Positions 9,270 to 21,362 of a stretch of DNA of 64,000 nt are shown piece by piece. A program made the translations under genes and the position numbers. How positions within the stretch are numbered: the first letter of the stretch is position 1; every line of letters starts with the position of its first letter. Location of the stretch: the NCBI GenBank assembly GCA_963665115.1, contig OY762007.1, positions 7,968,001 to 8,032,000 of the forward strand, written 5' to 3'. The notes under the pieces are model-generated. The model saw nothing but the letters and a program-made list of their open reading frames with translations. It had not been told where the DNA came from and did no database searches. Source of the DNA: an uncultured Rivularia sp. (GTDB lineage: Bacteria; Cyanobacteriota; Cyanobacteriia; Cyanobacteriales; Nostocaceae).

Positions 9270-11138
9270 CTAAAATCTAAAATTGGTCGGTAGATCGTTG
9301 AGTAATCCTAAACTCCAACTAATAAATAAGCCGATTGCACTGACTCCGAAGATAATGGTCAGCAAATAACCTTGAGAACGCCCGGAAATACTATACTTTA
9401 AACCTTGTCCGCTGAAAATAGCTGCAAAACCAACTAGGTTTACAAATCCATCTACTAAATAGCGATCGCTCCAAGCGGAAATTTTTGACAGCCAAGCGAC
9501 GGCACCTATCACTGTTACCCGATAAATCCGGTCTATATAAAAGTCGTATCCTAATAAATCTTGTATAAATCTCCAAGTTAAGATTCTCGATCTTGACCAA
9601 GCTTTATGCAGATAGATTGTGGAACCGATTATTACTCCGAGCAAGCTTGAAGATACTAATGCTGCTAATACATACCAATTAATACTTTCCCAAGTTGGCA
9701 ACAAGTACCATTGCTGAAGCATTATTGGCACTAACAAAGTCATGATAGTTAGCGACACCATTGGTAATGCCATTGGCCAATGTACTTCCGGAGTTCTACG
9801 GGTTTTTTGTTGCGGTTCTCCCCAAAAGGCTAACCTAAATACTCTGGTTAAATTCAAGGCTGTTAAACCATTAACTATTATCAGAATTCCAATTACCCAG
9901 GGGCTAGTTACAACAAAACCATCAGCCCATGACAGCATTGCCCAAAAACTTCCTAAAGGTAGCAGCGTTACCATACCTGCCGAACCGACAATAAAAGCTG
10001 TAGTAGTTGCAGGCATCCGCGACCACAATCCGCCCATCTCGGTTATATCCTGGGTGTGAGTGGTGTAAATCACCGATCCAGCACTCATAAATAACAAAGC
10101 TTTGGCAATACCGTGGGTAAGCAATAAAAGCAGCGCTACACGACCTTGTTCCATACCTGCTGCGACAAACACTAAACCCATGTATGCGCTGGTGGAATGA
10201 GATAAGGTTCGCTTGATATCTATCTGAGCTATGGAAACTAAACTTGCTCCTATAGCAGTTACGGTACCGATAACTAACAAAGCATCCAAAGCTACTGGTG
10301 ATAAAGCTATAATCGGCTCTAACTTGTAAAGTACGTAAGCACCACCACCAACTACTAACGAATTCCGCAGTACTGAAGCTGGATTTGGTCCTTCCATTGC
10401 TTCATCCAACCACAAATTTAGGGGAAACTGAGCGCATTTACCAACAGGTCCGGCAATTAATGCTAATCCTAATAAAGTTGATGTTAGGGGGCTTAACTCT
10501 GCCGTTTTAGCCCATTCATACAAGTCGGAAAAATCCCAACTACCTGCCATCGTACCTATAGTTACTACTCCCATTAGCAATAATAAATCTCCTACCCGTT
10601 TGGTAAGAAATGCATCTCGTGCTGCCGTAACTACTAAAGGTTGAGCGTACCAAAATCCTACTAAAAGATAAGTTGAAAGAGTTAAAACTTCCAATACCAT
10701 GTAGCTTAAAAGCAAAGAATCGCTAATAGCTAAAGCACTTAAAGCTGCTTCAAATAAACCCATCAAAGCAAAAAATCTTGCCGTTGCCCAGTCCTTTTCT
10801 AAATAGCCCAGCGCGTAAATTTGTGCCAACAAACTCAATCCGGCAATTAAAATTGTTGCACCAATACCTACTGACGATATATCTAATTCAAAAGATAAAT
10901 TTAAATCTCGGCACGAAAACCAATTAATAATATAGCTTTGTGGCTTGCTACCCTCAACCTCTTTAAATACCAACAAACTATGAGTTAGAGCTAAAGCAGT
11001 TGTCAATATATTTAAGTAGGCTGCCGGTCTTGGCCCGGTACGCTTAATCAATCCCATAGTCCAGGGTAAAGTTAACAGCGCACCTACTAACCCATATAGT
11101 GGCAAAGCCCAAGTAGTTGAAAATAAGAATTGATTCAT
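9270..11138 (-). CDS. ndhF4: NDH-1 subunit F4 (CO2 uptake)
   Basis: NuoL-like: GKCAQFPLNLWLDEAMEGPNPAS; adjacent to cupB and the ccm operon. Confidence 0.9.
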   Translation of the reverse strand: MNQFLFSTTWALPLYGLVGALLTLPWTMGLIKRTGPRPAAYLNILTTALALTHSLLVFKEVEGSKPQSYIINWFSCRDLNLSFELDISSVGIGATILIAGLSLLAQIYALGYLEKDWATARFFALMGLFEAALSALAISDSLLLSYMVLEVLTLSTYLLVGFWYAQPLVVTAARDAFLTKRVGDLLLLMGVVTIGTMAGSWDFSDLYEWAKTAELSPLTSTLLGLALIAGPVGKCAQFPLNLWLDEAMEGPNPASVLRNSLVVGGGAYVLYKLEPIIALSPVALDALLVIGTVTAIGASLVSIAQIDIKRTLSHSTSAYMGLVFVAAGMEQGRVALLLLLTHGIAKALLFMSAGSVIYTTHTQDITEMGGLWSRMPATTTAFIVGSAGMVTLLPLGSFWAMLSWADGFVVTSPWVIGILIIVNGLTALNLTRVFRLAFWGEPQQKTRRTPEVHWPMALPMVSLTIMTLLVPIMLQQWYLLPTWESINWYVLAALVSSSLLGVIIGSTIYLHKAWSRSRILTWRFIQDLLGYDFYIDRIYRVTVIGAVAWLSKISAWSDRYLVDGFVNLVGFAAIFSGQGLKYSISGRSQGYLLTIIFGVSAIGLFISWSLGLLNDLPTNFRF

Positions 11139-11765
11139 ATAAATTTACCGCTATAAAAGCCTTTAATACATTTTCCTAAACATTCAATACTTTGTGCTAT
11201 CTAAATCTGTATTCACCTTCTCTAGTATTTGATAAATATCTGATTTTTTGGTATAAATGCTCAAAAAACCTTAATCCAAAAATACTTTTTTTAATTAGTA
11301 ATCTTGAATTATAATGTGACTTTTCCTGATTTCAAAATTAATAACTATCTGTCTGATAAGTTTATTTTATATTTTTTATATTTATTTTATATGTCTTTTG
11401 CACCAATAGCAATATCATAAAGAAAGACCGAATTATAACTCTTTGAGATAACGGTCAATATACGCCACTATTTGATTTATGCTGCTACGAAGCCGGTCTG
11501 GGCAAATGTAATAAAGAAATTATAAAGCAGAAGCGACCACTCTAAAAACTGTAAAGTTTTAGACGGCTGTAACGAACCCTCAAAGATATGTTAAGTTTTT
11601 TAAAATGCTTTTATTACAAACTATTATACTAATTTATATTGCAAGGGGTGCAAAGCTTTCATATGCTTAATTAGGAAGGCTTTTTTTTAAGCTCAAGATT
11701 GAGCGTTACACGTTAGAAAAAACCTTCGTCTGAGTACGAATCGAGTAACTTGTTGGAGTCAGTAA

Positions 11766-12074
11766 ATGCCTATAGCAGTTGGAATGATTGAAACCAAAGG
11801 TTTCCCCGCAGTCGTGGAAGCTGCGGATGCGATGGTGAAAGCCGCTCGCGTGACCTTGGTGGGCTATGAAAAAATCGGTAGCGCCCGCGTAACAGTAATT
11901 GTTCGGGGAGATGTTTCTGAGGTACAGGCTTCGGTTGCAGCAGGAATCGAAGCTGCCAGACGAGTAAACGGTGGTGAAGTTGTTTCCACTCACATTATTG
12001 CGCGTCCCCACGAGAACCTGGAATACGTATTGCCGATTAGGTATACCGAGGCAGTGGAACAATTCCGAACTTAA
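11766..12074 (+). CDS. ccmK2: Carboxysome shell hexamer CcmK (short form)
   Basis: BMC domain [24 protein letters not shown]; 102 aa. Confidence 0.9.
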   Translation: MPIAVGMIETKGFPAVVEAADAMVKAARVTLVGYEKIGSARVTVIVRGDVSEVQASVAAGIEAARRVNGGEVVSTHIIARPHENLEYVLPIRYTEAVEQFRT

Positions 12075-12436
12075 CGGCTTTCAATTAGTTTAAATTTTTG
12101 TGAAATGCCCCAACGCTGCTTTTAATCGAGCTTGCTGCGCGAGCTTTCTTAAGAACAAAAATAAGAAAAACGCCCACTATTTCTCTCTATCTTTTCTGTA
12201 AAAACTGATGGGTTGATTATATTCATTTAAAGTGTGGTAGTCAGTAGCTAAGATCGGCAATCGGGGATTATTAGTCAAGCTGGAAACGGCAAATGCAATT
12301 ATCGCCTTTTTGTAATGAAATATAGACCGCCAAGTTTTTACTGTCCAAATATTTTGTACAGATTTTTGAAGGCGGTTCCCTTCTTAAACAAGAAATGCAG
12401 TTTTATATTTAGGAAATTCTTTGAGGATTAAAAGTA

Positions 12437-12781
12437 ATGTCAATTGCAGTCGGAATGGTTGAAACGCTAGGATTTCCAGCGGTTGTAGAAGCAGCAGATG
12501 CGATGGTGAAAGCTGCTCGCGTAACCTTGGTAGGATACGAAAAAATCGGTACTGGGCGCGTTACCGTTATTGTTCGAGGAGACGTATCTGAGGTACAAGC
12601 TTCAGTTGGAGCGGGAATTGATTCAGTCAAGCGAGTAAACGGCGGACAAGTGTTGTCTACTCACATCATTGCTCGTCCCCACGAAAACCTCGAATACGTT
12701 CTACCGATTAGATATACCGAAGATGTAGAGCAATTCCGGGAAAACGTAAACGCAATTCGTCCTTATGGTGGAAGACCTTAA
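12437..12781 (+). CDS. ccmK1: Carboxysome shell hexamer CcmK (C-terminally extended)
   Basis: BMC domain paralog, 114 aa with a C-terminal extension. Confidence 0.9.
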   Translation: MSIAVGMVETLGFPAVVEAADAMVKAARVTLVGYEKIGTGRVTVIVRGDVSEVQASVGAGIDSVKRVNGGQVLSTHIIARPHENLEYVLPIRYTEDVEQFRENVNAIRPYGGRP

Positions 12782-12801
12782 TCTTGATACCATAAAAAGG
12801 A

Positions 12802-13101
12802 ATGCAAATTGCTAAAGTTCGCGGTACGGTATCTAGCACGCAGAAAGATCCAAGTTTTAGAGGAGTCAAACTGCTGCTGTTACAGCTAATAGATGAAGAA
12901 GGGCGCGTCCAGCCAGAATACGAAGTGGCAGCGGATAGTGTTGGTGCGGGAGTAGATGAGTGGGTACTCATCAGTCGTGGTAGTGCTGCGCGTCAAGTTT
13001 ATGGCAACGAACAGCGTCCAATTGACGCAGCAGTAGTAGCGATAATTGATACGGTTTACGTTGAAAATCGCCAAGTCTACAGCAAAAAAGAACAATATTA
13101 A
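12802..13101 (+). CDS. ccmL: Carboxysome vertex pentamer
   Basis: MQIAKVRGTVSSTQK...VAADSVGAG...GSAAR (EutN/CcmL family). Confidence 0.95.
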   Translation: MQIAKVRGTVSSTQKDPSFRGVKLLLLQLIDEEGRVQPEYEVAADSVGAGVDEWVLISRGSAARQVYGNEQRPIDAAVVAIIDTVYVENRQVYSKKEQY

Positions 13102-13102
13102 G

Positions 13103-13201
13103 TTAGTTGTTAGAAGATAGTTGTTAGTAGTTAGTGATTTTCTAATAACTAATAACTAATAACTAATAACTAATAACTAACAACTAATAACTAACAACTA
13201 A
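13103..13201. repeat. Heptamer tandem repeats (TAGTTGT / TAACTAA) forming an inverted block
   Basis: Visible tandem units between ccmL and ccmM. Confidence 0.8.
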
Positions 13202-13225
13202 TCGCATTTAAGGAGAATCAACGCT

Positions 13226-15013
13226 ATGAGAGTCCGCAGCATGACAGCGGCTCCCCCAACCCCGTGGTCGAATAATTTAGCTGAACCGCGAATTCATGAA
13301 ACTGCTTTCGTACATTCCTTTTCCCATATTATTGGCGATGTTGAAATCAGTCCTAATGTAATTGTTGCTCCAGGAAGTTCGGTAAGAGCGGATGAGGGAG
13401 CGCCGTTTTTTATCGATGAAAATACCAATATTCAAGATGGCGTTGTTATACACGGCTTGGAGCAAGGTCGGGTATTAGGAGACAACAGGAAAGAATACTC
13501 AGTATGGATAGGTAAAGACAGTTGCATTACCCACATGGCTCTGATTCACGGACCTTGTTATATCGGTGACAACTGCTTTATCGGCTTTCGTTCAACGGTA
13601 TTTAATGCCAGAGTCGGCGATGGCTGTATCGTGATGATGCACGCATTAATCCAAGATGTAGAGATTCCTCCCGGTAAATATGTACCTTCCGGAGCCGTAA
13701 TTATCAGCCAACAGCAAGCCGATCGCTTGCCAGATGTAAATCCACAGGATAAAGAATTTGCTCATCATGTAGTAGGAGTAAATCAGGCACTTAGAGCGGG
13801 TTATCTTTGTGCTGAAGATAGTAAATGTATTACAAAAGTACGTGAAAAAATAGACACATATAATACAAACGTAGATAACGGTTCGCAAACACAAAGGAGT
13901 ATTGAAGTGTATAACAGTGGATTGGACAATCAAACAGTAGACCAAGTGCGCTATCTGTTGGAGCAAGGATATAAAATCGGTACCGAACACGTAGATCGAA
14001 GACGTTTTCGCACGGGTACTTGGAATAGCTGTCATCCCATAGAAGCCAGAAGTGTTGGTGAAGCTGTATCGGCTTTAGAAGGTTGCATGACCGAACACCA
14101 AGGCGAATACGTCCGCTTATTTGGTATTGACGATAAGCAGAAAAAACGGGTATTGGAAACAATTATTCAACGTCCCGATGGTTCAACAAAACCAACTACA
14201 ACATCTACATATACCACTCCTCCGAAACCCAGCAATGGTGGATATAGTAGCAGTCATAGCAATAGTAGTTACAGCAATAGTAGTTACAGCAATAGTAGCT
14301 ACAGAAGCACTAATAATGGTAACTACAGTAACGGTAGCTCTCAACTGAGCAGCGAAACTATAGATCACGTTCGTAACTTGCTGTCTGGCGGTTACAGAAT
14401 CGGTATGGAACACGTAGATAAACGACGCTTCCGCACGGGTTCTTGGCAAAGCTGTAGTCCAATTGAATCAAAAAATGCCAGCGAGGCAATTTCAGCTTTA
14501 GAAGAATGCATGAGAAGCCATGAAGGCGAATACGTGCGCTTGATCGGTATCGATCCTAAAGCCAGAAGAAGAGTTTTAGAAACCATTATTCAACGTCCAG
14601 AGGGTTCGAGTAACGGTTCATCCAACGGCAACGGTGGTTCATACCGTCCCCCTACTAACGTTCCACCAGATTCTAAGGCTACATTTACTCCTGATGTCAG
14701 AAGGTACGGTGTCGGTTTCGAGAGTGGTTCCACCGCAACTCTTACCAATACTCGTTTGAGCGCTGAAGCAATAGAAGAAGTTCGTAATCTTTTACGTGGT
14801 GGTTATAAAATCAGTGCCGAACACGTAGACAAGCGCCGCTTCCGTACAGGTACTTGGGCAAGCTGCGGACAGATAGATTCAAACTCCGAAAGGGAAGTAG
14901 TAGGAATCTTAGAATCTTATTTAGCAGAATATTCAGGAGAATACGTCCGCTTAATTGGAGTCGAACCCAAACTCAAGCGTCGCGTAGTCGAAAACATCAT
15001 TCAACGTCCATAA
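13226..15013 (+). CDS. ccmM: Carboxysome scaffold CcmM (gamma-CA domain plus three RbcS-like domains)
   Basis: Hexapeptide gamma-CA N-terminus; three EHVDxRRFRTG(S/T)W...GEYVRLxG...IIQRP domains. Confidence 0.95.
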   Translation: MRVRSMTAAPPTPWSNNLAEPRIHETAFVHSFSHIIGDVEISPNVIVAPGSSVRADEGAPFFIDENTNIQDGVVIHGLEQGRVLGDNRKEYSVWIGKDSCITHMALIHGPCYIGDNCFIGFRSTVFNARVGDGCIVMMHALIQDVEIPPGKYVPSGAVIISQQQADRLPDVNPQDKEFAHHVVGVNQALRAGYLCAEDSKCITKVREKIDTYNTNVDNGSQTQRSIEVYNSGLDNQTVDQVRYLLEQGYKIGTEHVDRRRFRTGTWNSCHPIEARSVGEAVSALEGCMTEHQGEYVRLFGIDDKQKKRVLETIIQRPDGSTKPTTTSTYTTPPKPSNGGYSSSHSNSSYSNSSYSNSSYRSTNNGNYSNGSSQLSSETIDHVRNLLSGGYRIGMEHVDKRRFRTGSWQSCSPIESKNASEAISALEECMRSHEGEYVRLIGIDPKARRRVLETIIQRPEGSSNGSSNGNGGSYRPPTNVPPDSKATFTPDVRRYGVGFESGSTATLTNTRLSAEAIEEVRNLLRGGYKISAEHVDKRRFRTGTWASCGQIDSNSEREVVGILESYLAEYSGEYVRLIGVEPKLKRRVVENIIQRP

Positions 15014-15015
15014 GA

Positions 15016-15160
15016 AATTGGGGAATGGGGCATTGGGTAATGGGTAATGGGTAATGGGTAATGGGTAATAGGTAATAGGCAAGAAGTTAAAATCATTAAC
15101 TAACTCCCAATTCCTAACTCCTAACTCCCAATTCTTAACTCCTAACTCCCAACTCTCCTT
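15016..15160. repeat. Heptamer tandem repeats (GGGTAAT, TAACTCC)
   Basis: Visible tandem units between ccmM and ccmN. Confidence 0.8.
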
Positions 15161-15221
15161 GTCCCCTTGTCCCCCATCTCGCCCCTCTCCCTCATCCTCC
15201 ACTCACGAGGTAAAAAATATC

Positions 15222-15998
15222 ATGTCCGTGCCGCCACTGCGTCTGTATAACAATTTTGAGACTTTTTACAGTGGCGAGGTGATTATTCATGCAAGTGCTG
15301 TTATAGCACCAGGGGTGATAATGCAAGCGGCTCCTAATAGCAAAATAATTATCGGTTCTGGAGTTTGTATTGGTATGGGGTCGATTCTCCAAGTAGATAC
15401 AGGAACTTTAGAGATAGAACCGGGTGCTAATTTAGGAGCGGGCTTGCTTATGGTTGGTGCGGGTAAAATTGGCACTAATGCTTGTATAGGTTCGGCTACA
15501 ACTGTATTTCGTTCTTCTGTAGAGCCGGGAAAAGTAGTTCCTGCTGGTTCGGTTATCGGAGATACTAGTAGGTCTTTTAGCGAACCTTCCCCCCAGGAAA
15601 TGAATGGTAAAGTCCCACAACCGCACCTACCTTTAGCAGAGAAAGTAGAAGCTCAGGAAACTGAACAAACGAATCAACCAGAGGAAGCAAAAGAAATTCC
15701 TTCTAATGTTTCTGATGGTACCAAACCTTCAATTTATACTACTCCTCCCGTCACTCCCTCACCTCGTCCTTACGTTAGTCCATCTCCAATTTCGTATTTT
15801 TCTCCCGTTAAAGATTCAACAGATTTAACACCGGAAACAGTTGAATCTGTTGATACAGCAGAAGAACCTACCAATGGGAATTCAAACGGTGCGGGAAATC
15901 ATATCTATGGAAGAAGCAACGTCAAAAGCCTGCTGACAACATTATTTCCCCACCGACAAACTTTAGATACACCTCATGATGAATCTGAAGAAGGATGA
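15222..15998 (+). CDS. ccmN: Carboxysome assembly protein CcmN
   Basis: Hexapeptide N-terminus and C-terminal encapsulation peptide IYGRSNVKSLLTTLFPHR; ATG at 15222 after GAGG. Confidence 0.9.
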   Translation: MSVPPLRLYNNFETFYSGEVIIHASAVIAPGVIMQAAPNSKIIIGSGVCIGMGSILQVDTGTLEIEPGANLGAGLLMVGAGKIGTNACIGSATTVFRSSVEPGKVVPAGSVIGDTSRSFSEPSPQEMNGKVPQPHLPLAEKVEAQETEQTNQPEEAKEIPSNVSDGTKPSIYTTPPVTPSPRPYVSPSPISYFSPVKDSTDLTPETVESVDTAEEPTNGNSNGAGNHIYGRSNVKSLLTTLFPHRQTLDTPHDESEEG

Positions 15999-16272
15999 AA
16001 TAAATTAATCTATGAATTAAGCTTGTATTCTTTGTTGTAATTTACGCTGCATCACGAATCGATATTTATAGATATTTATATTTACGCTTAGCAGCAATAT
16101 CCCCATAAATAGCACTTTTGTATTCAATATAAGTCTACCCACTAAAAACATTTTCCATGCTCCATCCTTCACATTTGATAGAAGTTAGGATTAAAGGATA
16201 AGACGTAAATTCATATGTTTAATTTTTATCCTTCACTTTTCGCAGTTAGTTGGAGTTTTGGGGAAAATTTAG

Positions 16273-17073
16273 ATGCACTCATATAATCAATATTCGTCAC
16301 GAAATCGAGATATTAAAGATACCGCTTTAGGATTGGTATCTACTATAAGTTTTCCTGCAATAGTGGGGACGGCGGATATGATGCTCAAATCTGCTGGAGT
16401 TCATTTAATCGGATACGAGAAAATTGGTGGAGGACATTGTACTGCCGTAATTCGCGGTGGAGTCGCTGATGTACGTTTAGCAGTAGAATCTGGCGAACAA
16501 ACTGCAAAGCAATTCGGGCAGTTTGTGTCTAGTTTAGTAATACCTCGTCCATATCCTAATTTAAATTTAGTATTACCCATTGCTAATCGTCTAAGTAGTT
16601 TTGCCGATGGAGCCAGCTATAATAAATTAAGCAATCAAGCAGTTGGTTTGGTCGAAACAATTGGTTTTCCGGCGATGGTGGGAGCCTGTGATGCCATGCT
16701 TAAATCAGCAGAAGTTCAGTTAGCAGCTTATGAAAAAATCGGTGCGGGTTTATGTACTGCTATCATTCGCGGCTCTGTAGCAAATGTTGCAGTAGCAGTA
16801 GAAGCAGGAATGTACGAAGCAGAACGTATTGGGGATTTAAATGCCGTTATGGTGATACCTCGTCCGTTAGATGAATTAGAGCAAACCCTACCAGTAGCAA
16901 GTTGTTGGATAGAAGAACGTCAACCAGTAAATTTACCAGTCAGTATCAAAGAGCAAGTTGGAGAAGCAGAATTATTAGAATTGCCAGATTTAAACAAGTT
17001 GCCTGAAAAAATCATTGAGGAAGTAACAATCGTACCGGAAGTTGAAAGATTGGAAATGGGTGAGTTGGAGTAG
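16273..17073 (+). CDS. ccmO: Tandem-BMC shell protein CcmO
   Basis: Two BMC domains (ALGLVST..., AVGLVETIGFPAMVGACDAMLK). Confidence 0.92.
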   Translation: MHSYNQYSSRNRDIKDTALGLVSTISFPAIVGTADMMLKSAGVHLIGYEKIGGGHCTAVIRGGVADVRLAVESGEQTAKQFGQFVSSLVIPRPYPNLNLVLPIANRLSSFADGASYNKLSNQAVGLVETIGFPAMVGACDAMLKSAEVQLAAYEKIGAGLCTAIIRGSVANVAVAVEAGMYEAERIGDLNAVMVIPRPLDELEQTLPVASCWIEERQPVNLPVSIKEQVGEAELLELPDLNKLPEKIIEEVTIVPEVERLEMGELE

Positions 17074-17243
17074 GGATTAGGGAGTAGGGAGTAGGAAGTA
17101 GGAAGTAGGGGATTTGGGCATTGGGGATAGGGCATTGGATTATCACTTGTATTTTTTATTCAAATACAGCTAACCAAATGCCGTTACTCTTGATAATAAC
17201 TTCTAAATAGTATAAAGGAAATACTGATTTTTGAATTGGGGCT

Positions 17244-17259
17244 ATAGAGTTTACTCTAT
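17244..17259. promoter_or_regulatory. Putative LysR (CbbR-type) operator ATAG-N8-CTAT
   Basis: ATAG AGTTTACT CTAT about 135 bp upstream of the LysR gene; a similar ATAGAAACATCTAT lies near 17323. Confidence 0.45.
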
Positions 17260-17394
17260 GGAAAGCCCCGTGATTTTCTCATGAGCGAAAGCTGTTTTTA
17301 ACCTGATTATTAAGTAATACTTATAGAAACATCTATGGAAAAGCATTTTTGTATAGATGTTTCTTTATGTAATATTAGAAGAGGATAATCACCA

Positions 17395-18318
17395 TTGAAT
17401 CAGGCGACGCTGCACCAGTTAAGAGTGTTTGAGGCAGCAGCACGGCACAGTAGTTTTACTAGGGCTGCCGAAGAGTTGTTTCTCACACAACCCACCATTT
17501 CCATGCAGATAAAACAACTGACAAAATCTGTGGGAATTCCATTGTTTGAACAAGTCGGTAAGCGCTTGTATCTTACTGAAGCAGGAAGAGAATTATTTGC
17601 TACTTGCCAAGAAATTTTCAATACTTTTGCTCAGTTTGAGATGAAAGTAGCGGATTTAAAAGGTTTAAAACAAGGGCAATTACGTTTAGCAGTTATTACA
17701 ACAGCAAAATATTTTATTCCGCGTTTATTAGGCTCATTTTGTCAACTTTATCCGGGAATTGAGATTTCTTTACAAGTTACAAATCATGAAGGCATTCTGG
17801 ATCGAATGACAAGCAATCAAGACGACTTATATATTATGAGTCAAATTCCAGAACATCTTGATATTAACTGTGAAGCATTTTTAGACAATCCTTTAGTCGT
17901 TTTAGCACCAATTAATCACCCTTTAGCCTCGGAAAAAAATATCCCCATATCAAAGTTGACAAATGAAGCTTTTATAATGCGGGAACCCGGTTCTGGAACT
18001 CGTAGAGCAGTACAACAATTATTTGATGAAAACGATGTACAAGTAAAGGTAAAACTGGAATTGGGTAGTAATGAAGCGATAAAACAAGCTATTGCTGGAG
18101 GTTTAGGAATATCAGTTTTATCTCGTCATACATTGATGCCTTATGCAGAGGATTTAACTATTTTAGATGTAGAACATTTCCCCATAAAACGTAATTGGTA
18201 TATGGTTTATCCCAATGGGAAACAATTATCTATTGTTGGACGTACCTATTTTGAATATTTATTAGAAGCCGCCAAGCAATTTGCTTCGTCCACTTCTTTG
18301 TATGAGAAAGCGAAATAG
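17395..18318 (+). CDS. cmpR: CbbR-family LysR regulator, CmpR-like
   Basis: HTH ATLHQLRVFEAAARHSSFTRAAEELFLTQP; REPGSGTR motif; position after ccmO. The symbol rests on synteny. Confidence 0.7.
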   Translation: MNQATLHQLRVFEAAARHSSFTRAAEELFLTQPTISMQIKQLTKSVGIPLFEQVGKRLYLTEAGRELFATCQEIFNTFAQFEMKVADLKGLKQGQLRLAVITTAKYFIPRLLGSFCQLYPGIEISLQVTNHEGILDRMTSNQDDLYIMSQIPEHLDINCEAFLDNPLVVLAPINHPLASEKNIPISKLTNEAFIMREPGSGTRRAVQQLFDENDVQVKVKLELGSNEAIKQAIAGGLGISVLSRHTLMPYAEDLTILDVEHFPIKRNWYMVYPNGKQLSIVGRTYFEYLLEAAKQFASSTSLYEKAK

Positions 18319-18482
18319 GGGGATGGGAGACAAGGGGATGGGGGATGGGGAGATGGAAAGTAATATTTCTGATTTGCAATACAAGATGTGTAGAGACGTA
18401 GCATTGCTACGTCTTTTGATTTTGCGGAATAACAAAAATTCTTTGTTTAAGAACAATACCGTTGAATAACTATTCGTATTAC

Positions 18483-20727
18483 TTAAACAAACAAAGAATC
18501 ATTCACCGCGACTAAACCATCATCAAATTTGAGAAACTCGATATCAATCAAAGTATCGGTACCGATACCCGCACCGCCAACGGTAAAGTTATCAATAGAA
18601 CCAGCAATCGTAAAATCAGATCGATCGCCATTATACTCAACCATATCCGCAATTACCTGATAATCATCACCATTTCGATCGGTGAAAGTGGTTTGGCGAT
18701 CGCCTTGATTAATTTCTTCTTTGCCATCAAAAACATTATCGTCTGAATTACCAATAAACCTGTCGTTACGGATGGTTTCCGGTAACGTTTTCAACTGTGG
18801 TTAAAGTGTCTTCCCAAGTAAGAGCATTATTATCAGAAGAATGTTTGGCGCTGTTTCGATCCAGATTTACGTCTAAACCAGCGATATTTTCAAATACACC
18901 ATTGAAAGTTAAATCGGAATAATCGGCGGTATCAATACCAGCTTGCCCGCGTAAAGTGTCGTTACCCAAACCACCGTTGAGAATATCGTCACCGCTAGCA
19001 CCGCGAACTAGATCGTTACCGCCTTTACCAAACAGCAAATCATTACCGTTGCCGCCACCAATTAATTCATCTTTACTACCACCATAGATAGTGTCATTAC
19101 CGTTATCTCCCCGAAGTTCGCTGGTTTCACCATCAAAATCATCAAAACGGTCAATTCTGTTTGCTGCTAGAACATCATCACCTGCATTGCCGCGAATAAT
19201 ATCGCCACCTCTGCCACCTTCGATAGTATCGTTACCGTTTTTACCGAAAATTTTATCGTTGCCGGAAGTACCTTGAATATTGTCGTCGTTTGCTGTACCT
19301 TCGATTAAATTTACTGAATTAGTATTATCTAAATCCAGCTTCCATAGTTCGTTTCCATTGGTACCGTCATCAGCACTGAAAAATAGTTTACCGTCAAAAA
19401 CAGTAAAATCTCCTGGATTGGAACCACCTTCACCAGGATTAATATCGGCAGCTAATTGAGTACCTTCTACAGTACCGTCACTTACCCACAATTCCCTACC
19501 ATTAGTACCGTCATTAGCAGTGAAAAATAGCTTGTTATCAAAAATAGTAAAATTCTGCCTAAAGAAGGTATCGCCATTAGAGTTAATATCTTTAAGTAGT
19601 TGAGTACCATCTTCCGTTCCATCAGTTACCCATAATTCCCTTCCATTAGTACCATCGTCAGCAGTGAAAAACAGCTTTTCATCCGATGCGGTAAAGTCGC
19701 TTGGATTAGAACTTTCACTACTTGGGTTAATATCTTTGAATAGTTGAGTACCATCTTCCGTTCCATCAGTTACCCAAAGTTCCGAACCATTATTACCATC
19801 ATTAGCACCGAAAAACAGCTTTCCACCTAATGCAATAAAATTATTTGAATCAGAACTTTCACTACCTGGATTAATATCTTTGAAGAATTGAGTACCATTT
19901 TCAGTTCCATCAGTTACCCAAACTTCCCTTCCATTAGTACCATCGTCAGCAGAGAAAAACAGCTTTCCGTCGAAGGCAGTGAATCCTGAAGGAGAAGAAC
20001 TATTATTTGGCAAAAAATTCTCGTTATTTGGATTAATATCTTTGAGCAGTTGAGTACCACTCTCGGTACCATCACTCACCCACAATTCTCGACCATTCGC
20101 TTCATTTCTGGCACTGAAAAACAGTAAATCGTTAAATATAGTCAGATTATTTGGGAAAGAATCAGCGCTACCAGGATTAATATCTTTTAACTGTCGAGTG
20201 CCATCTTCAGTACCATCGCTCACCCACAACTCACCTCCATTGGTTGCGTTATCGGCTCCGTCATCAGCTTGAAAAAATAGCTTTCCGTCAAATACAGTCA
20301 AATTATCTGGAAACAATTGATCTCTTGGAGAGAAACCAGTAGTTTTTGGGTTAATATCTTTAACCAATTGGGTACCATTTTCAGTACCATCGCTCACCCA
20401 TAATTCCCTACCATTGGTATTATTATTAGCTCCAAAAAATAACTTTCCATCGAAAACAGTGAAACCAGATGGGAAGGAACTACCAAACGGAGGAGAATTT
20501 TCACTTGTATTGATATCTTTAACTAATTTAGTACCATTCTCAGTACCGTCACTCACCCACAGTTCGCTGCCATTGATGCCGTCACGAGCATCAAAAAACA
20601 GCTTTCCATCAAATACGGTAAGTTCAGAAGGGAAGGAACCACCGTTAATAGAATTAATATCTTTTACTAATTCTGGGGTGAAATTAAAGCTGTTAGAATT
20701 TTGCTGCAAATTTTTATCGTTAGCCAT
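18483..20727 (-). CDS. ELWxxDGT-repeat beta-propeller protein with RTX Ca-binding repeats, frameshifted near 18777
   Basis: Eight to nine E(L/V)WV(S/T)DGT repeats followed by GGxGxD nonapeptides. Removing one base in GGAAACC joins the ORFs as ENVTGTIRNDRFIG. Confidence 0.8.
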
Positions 20728-21362
20728 AACTGTTCCTTTTTTAAATTTCAAAAAATCATGAAAAAGTATCTTCTTGCTAGTTAACTAACAAGTAAAATCC
20801 AACGCCGATTTATACATCGGTTGCATTTTTTATAGTTTGAGATAAGAGAATACAGTTTTTTGCAACTGCGGTTATTTAACAGTTATTCTACATCTATAAA
20901 TAATTAAATTCTTCGTTATTAAAGGTATTATGTGAATAAAATTATCTTGTTTGTAAATACTAGTATTTAATCAAACATTTATTTGTATAAGTAACTTGTT
21001 TATTTACGCAGTATATTGATAGATATATCATTAATCAAAGTATATAAAGACCAACCCTTATTGTTAAAAACTAACCAGATTAACAAAGTACACTGCTGAT
21101 TGAACAAAAAAAATTGGAATTGTTGTATCAAAAACACAATACTTGCTGACAACTGAATAGCAATTAAATTTTATACAAATTAAAATCTAAAAAAAATTAA
21201 ATTTGGTTTTAATATTGTTTTTTATGCCAAATATTGTGTAGAGACGTAGCAGTGCTACGTCTCCATATTGTGAGGTAGAGACGATAAATCTGTGTTCGGG
21301 TACAGTAGTGTTGAATAACTAAAGTTTTTAAATACCAATAAAATATGCTTTAGTTTTATTCT

